A stretch of DNA of 64,000 bases from an uncultured delta proteobacterium (GTDB taxonomy: Bacteria; Myxococcota_A; Polyangia; Polyangiales; Polyangiaceae): positions 384,001 to 448,000 of the forward strand of contig CAVQUB010000005.1 in the NCBI GenBank assembly GCA_963716725.1, given 5' to 3'. The position numbers were made by a program, and so were the translations under genes. Shown piece after piece: positions 32,128 through 42,082 of the stretch. The notes beneath the pieces were generated by a model. That model was given only the letters and a program-made list of their open reading frames with translations. It did no database searches and was not told the origin of the DNA. Position 1 is the stretch's first letter; the number at the start of each line of letters is the position of its first letter.

Positions 32128-32477
32128 GATTGAGGTTTTCGCGCGCGCGACCGTTCACCGGGTACAAGCGGGCTTTTGTCGCTAGCCACTCATAGGCGCA
32201 TGGGTGGGCCAAACGGGAGCACAGGTGGAGAGGTGCCCGGCTGAACGCTGAATCCGCCCACGGTCCCCGTCGCGGGCAGTATCGGGCACACGTCTGCCCT
32301 GTGCCCGACCCGGCGCGACCCGCGCGCGCGGTGTCAAGCCGAGGATCCCCCTGCGAGGACCACGAAGCGCGTCGGGCAGAGTGCACGCGACGATCATGCC
32401 AGAAATACCTCGTGCACGGCGCCAGCGCGCGGCGATCTCGACGCGGTCGTCCAGTTGCATCAAGGTGCGAGCCGAGG

Positions 32478-32936
32478 ATGACCGGAAGCAAGTACTCGCA
32501 CGCCGACGAACGTGAGCAGACGTTCCGCGACGGCGAACTCATCGTGGAGGAAGGCGACCACTCTCGCGATATGTTCGTGATCCAGTCGGGGAGCGTTCGG
32601 ATCACCAAGCACGCAGGCGACCAGAGAGTGGAACTGGCGCGCTTGGAGCGAGGCGATTTCTTCGGGGAGATGTCGCTGCTAGAGTCGCTTCCGCGTGACG
32701 CCAGCGCGCACGCGGTTGGAGAGACGCGGCTCTTGGTGATCGGCGCGAGCGCGCTCCTTGTCAGAGTGCGACGCGACCCGACCTTCGCCTTCGAGATGCT
32801 GCGACGCCTGAGCGGTCGGGTTCGACAGCTGAACGCGCGCTGGATCCAGGTCCTAGAGGAGAGCGGTGCTCCCAGGTCCGTCTCCAGCATGCTCTACGCC
32901 GCCAGCTCCGATCGCGACGACCAAGGCTCGTCGTGA
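32478..32936 (+). CDS. Stand-alone cyclic-nucleotide-binding (CRP-type) domain protein
   Basis: EEGD...MFVIQSGSV...GDFFGEMSLLESLPRDASA; no HTH follows. Confidence 0.85.
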   Translation: MTGSKYSHADEREQTFRDGELIVEEGDHSRDMFVIQSGSVRITKHAGDQRVELARLERGDFFGEMSLLESLPRDASAHAVGETRLLVIGASALLVRVRRDPTFAFEMLRRLSGRVRQLNARWIQVLEESGAPRSVSSMLYAASSDRDDQGSS

Positions 32937-33658
32937 TCATCGACGCGACGCTCGACCGCGTCCTGGTGGTCTCCGACTTGCACATCGGCAACCCGTTCTC
33001 CGAGGCGAGCCGGTCCTTCGGCAGGTTCCTCGACCACGCTGAGCGCGAACGCTTCCACGTCTGCATCAACGGCGATGGTCTCGAGATCCTGCAGACGAGC
33101 TTCGCGAACCTCGCCAACGACGCCTCCGAAGTGATCCGTCGAGTCCGCTCGCTGCTCGCGCGGGGCCTGTCCGTCTACTATGTGGTCGGTAACCACGACA
33201 TCGTGCTCGAGCACTACCTGGAGAGCTGGGCGGAGATCCGCATCTGCCCTTTCCTCAACCTGCGCTCGGGCGACCGGCGCATCCGCGTCGAGCACGGACA
33301 CCTGTATGACCCGTTCTTCGTCGGCCATCCGCGGCTGTACGAGGCGCTCACGCGGGCCGCCGGCCCGCTCTTGCGAGTCTACCCCGACGTGTACAAGCTC
33401 TGGTCCGCCTTCGAGAATCTGAAGGATCGGAGGGCGCGGCATACCGATGGCGCCGAGCAGTCCGCGTACCACGCAGCCGCAGAAATGCTCTTGCGAAGGG
33501 GTTTCGACGCAGTGGTCTTCGGTCACACGCACCGCGCGGAGCAAGTGGAGATCGCGCCCGGTCAGCTCTACGTGAACTCGGGCAACTGGATGCACGGCGG
33601 CACGTACGTCGAGATCGTCGAGGGGAACGTGGAGCTGCGGACCTGGCTGAACGGCTGA
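32933..33658 (+). CDS. Calcineurin-like metallophosphoesterase (LpxH-like)
   Basis: SDLH, NGD, GNHD, HGH, GHTH and NSG.W motifs; GTGA overlap with the cNMP gene. Confidence 0.85.
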   Translation: MIIDATLDRVLVVSDLHIGNPFSEASRSFGRFLDHAERERFHVCINGDGLEILQTSFANLANDASEVIRRVRSLLARGLSVYYVVGNHDIVLEHYLESWAEIRICPFLNLRSGDRRIRVEHGHLYDPFFVGHPRLYEALTRAAGPLLRVYPDVYKLWSAFENLKDRRARHTDGAEQSAYHAAAEMLLRRGFDAVVFGHTHRAEQVEIAPGQLYVNSGNWMHGGTYVEIVEGNVELRTWLNG

Positions 33659-33729
33659 AGAACACTGCTAGATCGACGTCAGCTGCGCCCCCGGCTTCTG
33701 CAGCGCAACGACGAATACATACGGGCGCC

Positions 33730-34653
<924 letters not shown>

Positions 34654-34782
34654 GGTGCCGAGACGCTACACTGGAAGCCGCGCTCCTCGCTTGCGCTCAT
34701 CCGGGGGTGGGCACGGGTGGGCAGGGGTTTGCCCGTCTCGTCGACCAGAAACGCGATCTGCTCGCGTCGCTCCGGGGGTTGC

Positions 34783-35487
34783 TCAGACGCCGCGAAGCCG
34801 CTTGCTGAGTCGGCCCATCGCGCGGGTGTGAAGGCGACTTGCCCAGCTCTTGCTGAGCCCCAGCTCCTGCGCCACCCGATCGAATCGCTCACCTTCGAGG
34901 TAGTGGCGGCGAACGAGCTCCGCTTCTTCCTTGGGCAGGCCGCTGATGGTGTCCCGCACGATCGCCATGATCTCGGCGCGAGCCGTGGCTTCTTCCGGTC
35001 CGTCGCCTTGGTCGATGGCTGCCGCTTCGCCTTCTTCGCCGTGACCGGTGGTGGCGATCAGGCCCATCGCGACGGCGGTCGCCATGCCCGCGAGGTGGTC
35101 CGCGAGGGCGGCATCGGCGTCGGCTCGGGTCGTGCCCGGGGCCGGCGGCGCCGAGAGGTCGTCGAGCGCGCCCTCACTGTGGCGCGACCCTGCGGCGAGG
35201 CCCTCGAGCCGAGCGTGAATGCGCCGCGGTAGACGGGCCATGCCGCGAACGCCGTCCAAGATCGAGCCCTTCACCCGGAAGTTGGCGTACGAGCGAAAGG
35301 GGACCCCGCGCTCCGGATCGTAGCGGCGTGCCGCGTCGAGCAGACCCTCGCGACCGAAGCTCACCAGCTCTCCCAGCTCCGCGTTGGACCCGACGGTCCG
35401 GAGAACCTGCTTCGCCAGGATCTCGACCAGCTCCAGCTCGCCCTGAAAACGGGCCAGAACCTCCGGCGGATCGTCCGTCTTTTTCAC
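34783..35487 (-). CDS. FliA/WhiG-family sigma factor
   Basis: GLLDAARRYDPERGVPFRSYANFRVKGSILDGVR; region 4 VAQELGLSKSWASRLH. Confidence 0.85.
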   Translation of the reverse strand: MKKTDDPPEVLARFQGELELVEILAKQVLRTVGSNAELGELVSFGREGLLDAARRYDPERGVPFRSYANFRVKGSILDGVRGMARLPRRIHARLEGLAAGSRHSEGALDDLSAPPAPGTTRADADAALADHLAGMATAVAMGLIATTGHGEEGEAAAIDQGDGPEEATARAEIMAIVRDTISGLPKEEAELVRRHYLEGERFDRVAQELGLSKSWASRLHTRAMGRLSKRLRGV

Positions 35488-35578
35488 CCGGCGCCCAGCG
35501 TAGCAACAAACCGCCGGCCCCCGGTAGGCGTACGCGCTGCCCGGTGCCCTTCTGCTGAAGCTGTGGCATAGTCCCGGC

Positions 35579-36166
35579 GTGTCGCGTTGGGGCCAATTCG
35601 CGCTCGCCTACGCCTTCCTCGGGGTCTTGGCCGCGGTGATGGCGGTGGTCTTGCGTGCTGGGTCACCCTTCACGCATCCGGCGCCGCTGTTGACCCTGGC
35701 CGAGCCGGCTCGCCACTCCTACAGCGTGATGATGGGACTCACCGTCGGCGCCCTGATCGTGGTGTCGACGAGGCTCAGCGTCGCCCGCTTCGAGTGGGCG
35801 AGGCGCTTGCACCGCGAGCTGCGCCCGGTCGCGAGCGTGATGAGCACCCAGGGCATCATCGCCCTCGCTTTGCTGAGCGCCGTCGGCGAAGAGCTGTTGT
35901 TCCGCGGGCTGCTGCAACCGTGGGTGGGCATCCTTCCCCAAGCCGTCCTGTTCGGGTTCTTGCATCAGATCCGCGGCAGCAGTCGCTACGTGTGGATGGC
36001 CTGGGCGACCGCCGTCGGTCTGGTGCTCGGGGCGATCTTTCACGTCACCGGATCGCTGCTCGGGCCCATCGCGGCCCATGCGCTGGTGAACGGGCTCAAT
36101 CTCGCGTACCTCCGGCGCCACGATCCGACCCCCGCCCGTCGAGCGCTCGGCGGCCTGCTCGGCTGA
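35579..36166 (+). CDS. CPBP (CAAX/Abi) family intramembrane metalloprotease
   Basis: EELLFRG, FGFLH and HALVN motifs. Confidence 0.88.
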   Translation: MSRWGQFALAYAFLGVLAAVMAVVLRAGSPFTHPAPLLTLAEPARHSYSVMMGLTVGALIVVSTRLSVARFEWARRLHRELRPVASVMSTQGIIALALLSAVGEELLFRGLLQPWVGILPQAVLFGFLHQIRGSSRYVWMAWATAVGLVLGAIFHVTGSLLGPIAAHALVNGLNLAYLRRHDPTPARRALGGLLG

Positions 36167-36179
36167 GAACGAACGGGTC

Positions 36180-37997
36180 ATGCGCGCTCTGTGCACGCAC
36201 GCAGATCGCTGCGTCGGGTGTCCGCTCATCACGCTGGACTACGCCGATCAGCTCGCGCGCAAGGCGACGCTGCTCGTCGCCTCGGTGTCGCTCTACCCGT
36301 CACTGGCACGGGTTCCAATCGAGAGCGTCGCCGCGGCCGATCCCATCACCGGCTATCGGGTGAGGGCCAAGCTCGTGGTGGGGGCGGGTGGTGCCGTTGG
36401 CCTGTTCGGATCCGACGATCACCAGGTGATCGATCTTCCCGAGTGTCGCGTGCTCACGGCGGAGGTGGCCGCCACTGTCGCGGTGCTCCGCGAGTTGATT
36501 CGAAACCCGCCCCCGGGCAGCGGAGCCACGCTGATCCCGCGGGCCGACGGCGGCGCGCTCGTCGCCATCGACGTCCGCGAAGCCCGCGTCGGGCACGCCC
36601 GAACTCTGGTGTCGCTGATCGTCGATGCGCGGCGCGGCGGCTCCGAGGCCCAGGCGCTCGCGGCCGCCGAGGCCGTCGTCGCCGCGGACCCGTCCGTGGT
36701 GGCGGTTGCGCTCAGCAAGCACGCCCAGGGCCCCCGAGTGCTTGGCGGGGCGCCGCGCCTTTTGCTCGGCCAAGGCGAGGTCGAAGACGAAATCGGGGGC
36801 GTCGCTCACTTCGCGGCGCCCGGGGCCTTCGTTCAGACCCACCGCGGGCAGGCGGCGGCGCTGCACCGCGAGATCTGCGCGGCGCTGGGCTCCACCCTGG
36901 GGCGCTTGGACGGAAAGAAAGTCTACGATCTCTACGGCGGCTCCGGGGCCATCGGTCTTGCGTTGGCGAAGGCGGGCGCGAGCGTGACCGTGGTCGAGTC
37001 CTACGCTCCGGCGGCGCGCCTGGCGAAGCTCGCGGGTCTCGACGTGAGTCTGGACGACGCCGCGATCTTCAACGCGTCGGGCAGCGTGGATGGGATCGTC
37101 GTCGACCCGCCGCGTCGGGGCCTGTGCGCGCGAGTGCGCGCAGCCGTTGCCAGGGCGCGTCCTCGGGCCATCGTCTACGTGTCCTGCGACGCCGACACGC
37201 TCAGCCGCGATCTGGATGCATTCGTGCTGCTCGGATACGCGCCCACGCGCCTCCGACCCTTCGACATGATCCCACTCTCGGAACACGTCGAGATCATGGC
37301 GCTGCTCGAACCTGCTGTGCGCCCGGCGCCCAGCGTACTCTTCGAGAACGACGAAATCGTGGTCATCGACAAGCCGGCGCACGAACCCACTACCCCCCAA
37401 GGCGAGCATGCGTCGAGCTTGCTCGAACGTGTCCGCGCGCTCCCAGGGTGCGAGGGCGCCGCGCCGCTGCATCGCCTCGACTTGGAGACCAGCGGGGTCA
37501 ACGTGTTCGCGAAATCAGGTGAGAGTGCGGCTCGCTGGCAACGAGCGTTCGCGAGCACTCGCAAGCGATACTTCGCTCTGGTCCGGGGCGTCACTCGGCC
37601 GAAGGGCGCGGTGAATCGTCCACTCGTGGACGCGGGGCGACAGCGTCCCGCACACACCCGCTACCATCGTCTCGAAGTGGCCGGTGGGCACAGCCTGCTC
37701 GAGGTCGAGCCGCGTGAGGGCAAGAAGCATCAGATCCGGCGCCACTTGGCTGGCCTCGGGCATCCCGTCGTCGGTGACGGCCGCTACGGGCACTCCCCGA
37801 CGAACCGGCACTTCGCGGAGAAACACGGCCTCGACCGCCAGCTCTTGCACCTCGGGAGGTTGGAGCTCGCGGCGCCTTCCGGCGCCTCGCCGATCGTCAT
37901 TTCGAGCCCGCTTCCGGGCGCCTTCATTGCAGTCCTGCAACGCTTGTCTTTCCGAAGTGTGCCCTCCGGCGGCGCTTCGAAGGACGAGGAACTCTAG
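36180..37997 (+). CDS. Fusion: RlmD/TrmA-type m5U RNA methyltransferase plus RluA-family pseudouridine synthase
   Basis: N-terminal CTHADRCVGC, FVQ, DLYGGSG, VDPPRRG, YVSC, DMIP..HVE; C-terminal IDKP, HRLDLETSG, HQIRRH, GHPVVGD..YG, LH. Confidence 0.88.
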   Translation: MRALCTHADRCVGCPLITLDYADQLARKATLLVASVSLYPSLARVPIESVAAADPITGYRVRAKLVVGAGGAVGLFGSDDHQVIDLPECRVLTAEVAATVAVLRELIRNPPPGSGATLIPRADGGALVAIDVREARVGHARTLVSLIVDARRGGSEAQALAAAEAVVAADPSVVAVALSKHAQGPRVLGGAPRLLLGQGEVEDEIGGVAHFAAPGAFVQTHRGQAAALHREICAALGSTLGRLDGKKVYDLYGGSGAIGLALAKAGASVTVVESYAPAARLAKLAGLDVSLDDAAIFNASGSVDGIVVDPPRRGLCARVRAAVARARPRAIVYVSCDADTLSRDLDAFVLLGYAPTRLRPFDMIPLSEHVEIMALLEPAVRPAPSVLFENDEIVVIDKPAHEPTTPQGEHASSLLERVRALPGCEGAAPLHRLDLETSGVNVFAKSGESAARWQRAFASTRKRYFALVRGVTRPKGAVNRPLVDAGRQRPAHTRYHRLEVAGGHSLLEVEPREGKKHQIRRHLAGLGHPVVGDGRYGHSPTNRHFAEKHGLDRQLLHLGRLELAAPSGASPIVISSPLPGAFIAVLQRLSFRSVPSGGASKDEEL

Positions 37998-38035
37998 CGG
38001 CGATATTCTGTTACTCTACGAGTCCGTTCACGGCG

Positions 38036-39562
38036 ATGACACAGATCGATCTCGGACCGCTCGACGAACGACCGCGAGTGCTCGTCGTCGACGACGAAAA
38101 GTTCATTCGCGACATCCTGGCTGACTTCCTGGGAATGGAGGGCTACATCGTGCGCACGGCAGAGGACGGCTCCGCCGCCGTGGCCGAGCTGTCGCGAGCG
38201 AGCTACGACATCGTCATCAGCGATCTGAAGATGCCGCGCATGGGTGGGCTCGAGCTTTTGAAGGAGCTCTCGCACGCACACCCGGACACCATCGCGGTGA
38301 TCATGACCGGATTCGGCACCGTCGAAACCGCGATCGACGCCATGAAGCGCGGCGCTTACGACTACATTCTCAAGCCCTTCAAGGTCGAGGAGATTATCCA
38401 CATCGTGCAGCGTGGCCTCGAGAAGCGGCGTCTCGCGGCCGAGAACCTGCGCCTTCGGGAGGCCCTGTCGCTGTACAAGGTGAGCGAGGCCATCGCCGCC
38501 AGCCTGTCGATGGACGAGGTCATCGCCACCATCACCGACAGCAGCCTGCACGAGCTGCGCGCCGACGTCGTCTCGACCTGGCTCGATGATGGTGAAGGCA
38601 GCTTCTTCGAGCGCAGTAACAACCGCAGCTCGCAGCTGCCCAGCGGCGAGTCCATCGGCCACTTCATGCCCGACGCCGTGGTGGCGCGTCTCGAGCAAGG
38701 CGGCCCCATCGTAGAGCACGAAGCTCGGGCCGCAGAGCTGTTTGCGGAGCTGCCGAGTCGCCCGGTTTCCAGCGTGGCCGTCGTGCCGATGAAGACGACC
38801 CGGGGCAGCCCCCAGGGTGGAATGCGCGAGCGCTTGATCGGCTGGGTTGGCGTGGTGTCACTGACCTCGAGCCGTCGTTTCGACGAAGGCCAGCGCAAGC
38901 TGCTCAGCATCTTGGCGTCGCGCGCGGCTGCGGCCATCGAGAACGCCCGCCTGTACGAGGATCTGCAAGCGACCTTCAAGCAGACCATCAAGAGCCTTGC
39001 CCGAACCATCGACAAGATGGACCGCTACACTGCCGGGCACTCGGAGCGTGTGGCGCTCTACGCTGTGGCTCTCGCGCGTTGGTTGGGCCTGGGCGAAGAC
39101 AAAATCGAGGTGGTGCGGCACTCCGCGCTGATGCACGACATCGGCAAGGTCGGCTGCGTGATGAACCTCAACAAACCTGGGAAGCTCACCCAAGACGAGT
39201 ACGAGATCTTCAAGAAGCACCCGGTGTACGGCCGCGAGATCCTGGACCCGATCAAGTTCCTCGAGCCCGTCATCCCCGGCGTCTACCTGCACCACGAGCG
39301 CTGGGACGGCCGCGGCTATCCGATCGGGCTCGCGGGCAACGACATCCCGCTGGTCGCGCGCATCATTTCCATCGCCGATACCTACGACGCGATGACCAGC
39401 GATCGCGCTTACCGCCGGGCGTTGCCCCACGAGGTCACCGTCAACGAGATCACTCGCTGCTCGGGATCGCAGTTCGATCCCGATCTCACCGGGACCTTCA
39501 CGGAGAAGATAGAGGTCCTGCGCGAAGAGATGCAGGACTCCGGCGAGAACATCCCGGAATGA
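38036..39562 (+). CDS. Receiver-GAF-HD-GYP cyclic-dinucleotide phosphodiesterase
   Basis: VVDDE...DLKMP...KPF; GAF ending AAAAIENARLY; GHSERV, HDIGK, HHERWDGRGYP, ADTYDAMTSDRAYR. Confidence 0.92.
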   Translation: MTQIDLGPLDERPRVLVVDDEKFIRDILADFLGMEGYIVRTAEDGSAAVAELSRASYDIVISDLKMPRMGGLELLKELSHAHPDTIAVIMTGFGTVETAIDAMKRGAYDYILKPFKVEEIIHIVQRGLEKRRLAAENLRLREALSLYKVSEAIAASLSMDEVIATITDSSLHELRADVVSTWLDDGEGSFFERSNNRSSQLPSGESIGHFMPDAVVARLEQGGPIVEHEARAAELFAELPSRPVSSVAVVPMKTTRGSPQGGMRERLIGWVGVVSLTSSRRFDEGQRKLLSILASRAAAAIENARLYEDLQATFKQTIKSLARTIDKMDRYTAGHSERVALYAVALARWLGLGEDKIEVVRHSALMHDIGKVGCVMNLNKPGKLTQDEYEIFKKHPVYGREILDPIKFLEPVIPGVYLHHERWDGRGYPIGLAGNDIPLVARIISIADTYDAMTSDRAYRRALPHEVTVNEITRCSGSQFDPDLTGTFTEKIEVLREEMQDSGENIPE

Positions 39563-40290
39563 CCCGGCGTCGGCAGCTCCATGGGCGTTGGCTCGGACGC
39601 CGGCGCTACGAGGAAGTGCACGAGCTCCAACAGCGGCTGCACGCGGCGCGACAGGCCGACGAGATCCCCGACACCGTGCTCTTGCTCGAGCACGATCCGG
39701 TCATCACGCTCGGGCGCGGCGCCAAGGCCGAGAACGTGCTTGCACCCCGGGAGCTGCTCGAGGCCGCGGGGGTGGATCTGGTCGAGACGGCGCGCGGCGG
39801 TGACGTGACCCTGCACGCTCCGGGACAGCTCGTGGTCTACCCGATCCTGAGCTTGTCGCCGGATCGGCAGGACGTGCGCCGCTACGTCCGCGACTTGGCC
39901 GAGACCATGCGGCGCCTGGCCGCGCGTCACGAGATCGACGCCGGCCCAGTCGAGGGCCTGATCGGGGTCTGGGTCGACAAGAAGTCGCCGCGGGAGTTTC
40001 GAGGCCCCAGCCACGCGCTCTCCCTGGCGAAGCTCGGGGCCATCGGGGTGCGCATCTCGCGCTGGGTTACGATGCACGGCTTCGCCTTCAACCTCACCAC
40101 CAACCTGGAGCTCTTCGGGATGATCGTGCCCTGTGGCATTGCCGCGCATGGTGTGACGAGTGTTCAAGACCTGACCGGGAGATCCCCAGCGGCGGCCGAC
40201 GAAGCCGAGCACGCGCTCGAAATCCTGGCTGCGGTGCTCGACGCCGACGTGGCCAGCTACGAGGATCACGCTGGCGAGCCGCTGGGTTGA
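39559..40290 (+). CDS. lipB: Lipoyl(octanoyl) transferase
   Basis: LLEHDPVITLG, RGGDVTLHAPGQLVVYPI, KLGAIG, HGFAFN, IVPCG. Confidence 0.93.
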   Translation: MTRRRQLHGRWLGRRRYEEVHELQQRLHAARQADEIPDTVLLLEHDPVITLGRGAKAENVLAPRELLEAAGVDLVETARGGDVTLHAPGQLVVYPILSLSPDRQDVRRYVRDLAETMRRLAARHEIDAGPVEGLIGVWVDKKSPREFRGPSHALSLAKLGAIGVRISRWVTMHGFAFNLTTNLELFGMIVPCGIAAHGVTSVQDLTGRSPAAADEAEHALEILAAVLDADVASYEDHAGEPLG

Positions 40291-42072
40291 CTACTTCTTG
40301 TTGCACTTGCCGAGCCAACAGGGCACCCCGATCGGGCACTTGACCCCGCACATGCCGCAGTTGTTGTAGTCGACCTGCGTGTTCACGCAGCTGCCCTTGC
40401 AGAACGCGCGCCCTGCCTGCGCGTTGCAATCCGTACAGCTGCCGTGCAAGCACATGTGACCCACCGGGCAAGCATTGCCGCACTTCCCGCAGTGCGCGCT
40501 GGCGAGCGACAGGTTGAAGCACCCCTGGCCGCACTGCGCCTGCCCCTCGTGGCAGGCGCAGACTCCCCCGGTGCAGGCGAAGTTTCCTGAGCAATCGGTC
40601 TCGACAGTGCACTTGGCGCCGAGGCCGACCGGCGGGATCACGACCGGCGTTTCGGATTTCGCCGTGGGTTCGGCGGGTGCAGTCGCCGACGGTGCCGGCG
40701 CGGGTGCTGCGTCGGAGTCGGTGGCGCGCTGTGGCCTGGCGGTGCCGGACTTGGCAACTCCGCTTGCGACAGCGATGGGCTCGCCGACCTCCACCGCGGT
40801 CGCGCTCGCGGTTGGATCGCTACCAGGCGCGCCGCCGTCTCGGGATTCGACCTTGGCTTGCTCGTCGAACATGCCGCTCTGGAACGCGAAGTAGCCGCCG
40901 GCGCCGAGCGCCAAGGCCAGCCCGCCGATCAGGCCGAGCGCGAGCAAGACCAGGAGCAGCTTCGAACCCCTGCGCCGCGGTTGATTGGCGGGGCCGGGCT
41001 GGGGGATGAAGGCCGTGGGCGCCGGGCCGGCGAACGTAGGCGGGTAGCCCAGCGATGCCGGCGCTTGGGACACTGGCGGGTAGCCCAGCGATGCCGGCGC
41101 TTGGGACACTGGCGGGTAGCCCAGCGATGCCGGCGCTTGGGACACTGGCGGGTGGTCCAGCGACGCGGGCGCGAGCGGCATCACCGCCGACGGGGCCGGG
41201 GCGACGGCGACCGCCGAGGTCGCGAGCCAGTGGTCCAGCGCGCGCCCCATTTCTTCGGCGCTGGCGAAGCGCTGATCTCGATTCGGCGCCATGCCTCGGG
41301 CGATGATCTGCACGAGGCCCGGGTGCAAATCAGGGCGCTGCGAGTCGAGGGGAATGACGGCGCCGGACAGGATTGCTTCGAGCAAGGCGTCGGCGGTGGT
41401 CGCCGCGAACGGGCTCTTGCCGGTGAGCGCGCGGTACAGCGTCACGGCGGTCGAGTACAGGTCGGCGCGCCCGTCGAGGTCGCCGCCGGTGGCCTGCTCG
41501 GGAGACATGTAGAGCGCAGTGCCGATCACCATGCCCGCTTGGGTGATCTGCCGTCCCGACGCGAGCTTCGCGATGCCGAAGTCGAGGACCTTGGCGATCT
41601 CGCCGAGAGTCGGCGATGTCGTGAGAAACACATTCCCGGGTTTGATGTCCCGATGCAGGATGCCCGCCTGGTGGGCCGCGGCGAGGGCCGAGAGCACGTG
41701 CACGCCGATGCGTGCTGCACGCGCGGCTGCCAGCGGGCCGTCGCGTTTCAGCGTGGCCGCGAGCGTCTCTCCGGACAGGAGCTCCATCACCAAGAACGGC
41801 GGCTCGCCTGCGGGCGCTTGGAAGTCGAAGATCTGGATGATGTGCGGGTTGCCGAGGGCGGCGGCCGAGCGAGCTTCACGCTCGAAGCGCGCGAGGGCCT
41901 CGGCGCGGGCATCCGGCGCGAGATCGCTGTGCACCAGCTTGATGGCGACCCGGCGCCCGAGGTCTTCCTGGTGGGCCTCGAGCACCACGCCCATGCCCCC
42001 GCGACCGAGCAGCCGTCCGAGCCGGTAGCGCCCCCCGAGCAGGCGTCCTTCGAGGTCAGCGGGGCCCGTCAT
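40291..42072 (-). CDS. Transmembrane Ser/Thr kinase with extracellular Cys-rich repeats
   Basis: GRGGMG, HRDIKPGN, DFG, GTALYMSPE; TM helix; C-terminal HCGKCGNAC and NCGMCGVKC repeats. Confidence 0.92.
   Translation of the reverse strand: MTGPADLEGRLLGGRYRLGRLLGRGGMGVVLEAHQEDLGRRVAIKLVHSDLAPDARAEALARFEREARSAAALGNPHIIQIFDFQAPAGEPPFLVMELLSGETLAATLKRDGPLAAARAARIGVHVLSALAAAHQAGILHRDIKPGNVFLTTSPTLGEIAKVLDFGIAKLASGRQITQAGMVIGTALYMSPEQATGGDLDGRADLYSTAVTLYRALTGKSPFAATTADALLEAILSGAVIPLDSQRPDLHPGLVQIIARGMAPNRDQRFASAEEMGRALDHWLATSAVAVAPAPSAVMPLAPASLDHPPVSQAPASLGYPPVSQAPASLGYPPVSQAPASLGYPPTFAGPAPTAFIPQPGPANQPRRRGSKLLLVLLALGLIGGLALALGAGGYFAFQSGMFDEQAKVESRDGGAPGSDPTASATAVEVGEPIAVASGVAKSGTARPQRATDSDAAPAPAPSATAPAEPTAKSETPVVIPPVGLGAKCTVETDCSGNFACTGGVCACHEGQAQCGQGCFNLSLASAHCGKCGNACPVGHMCLHGSCTDCNAQAGRAFCKGSCVNTQVDYNNCGMCGVKCPIGVPCWLGKCNKK
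41039..41172. repeat. 36-bp tandem repeat: 3 identical copies plus 1 degenerate partial copy, encoding (YPPVSQAPASLG)n
   Basis: ggcgggtagcccagcgatgccggcgcttgggacact at 41039, 41075 and 41111; variant at 41147. Confidence 0.95.
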
Positions 42073-42082
42073 TCGACCTATC

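Noticed and set aside
32130..32470. Riboswitch or ncRNA in the long intergenic region (9-bp hairpin at 32282-32308)
   Set aside because: No recognisable riboswitch consensus; a single GC-rich hairpin is insufficient without a covariance search.
35579..36166. CPBP protease as the myxosortase for the MYXO-CTERM cytochrome, or as an Abi defence gene
   Set aside because: Only generic CPBP motifs are visible, it is about 20 kb away, and there is no contextual support.
41039..41172. 36-bp repeats as a CRISPR array
   Set aside because: The repeats are head-to-tail with no spacers, lie in frame within a kinase gene, and no cas genes are present.
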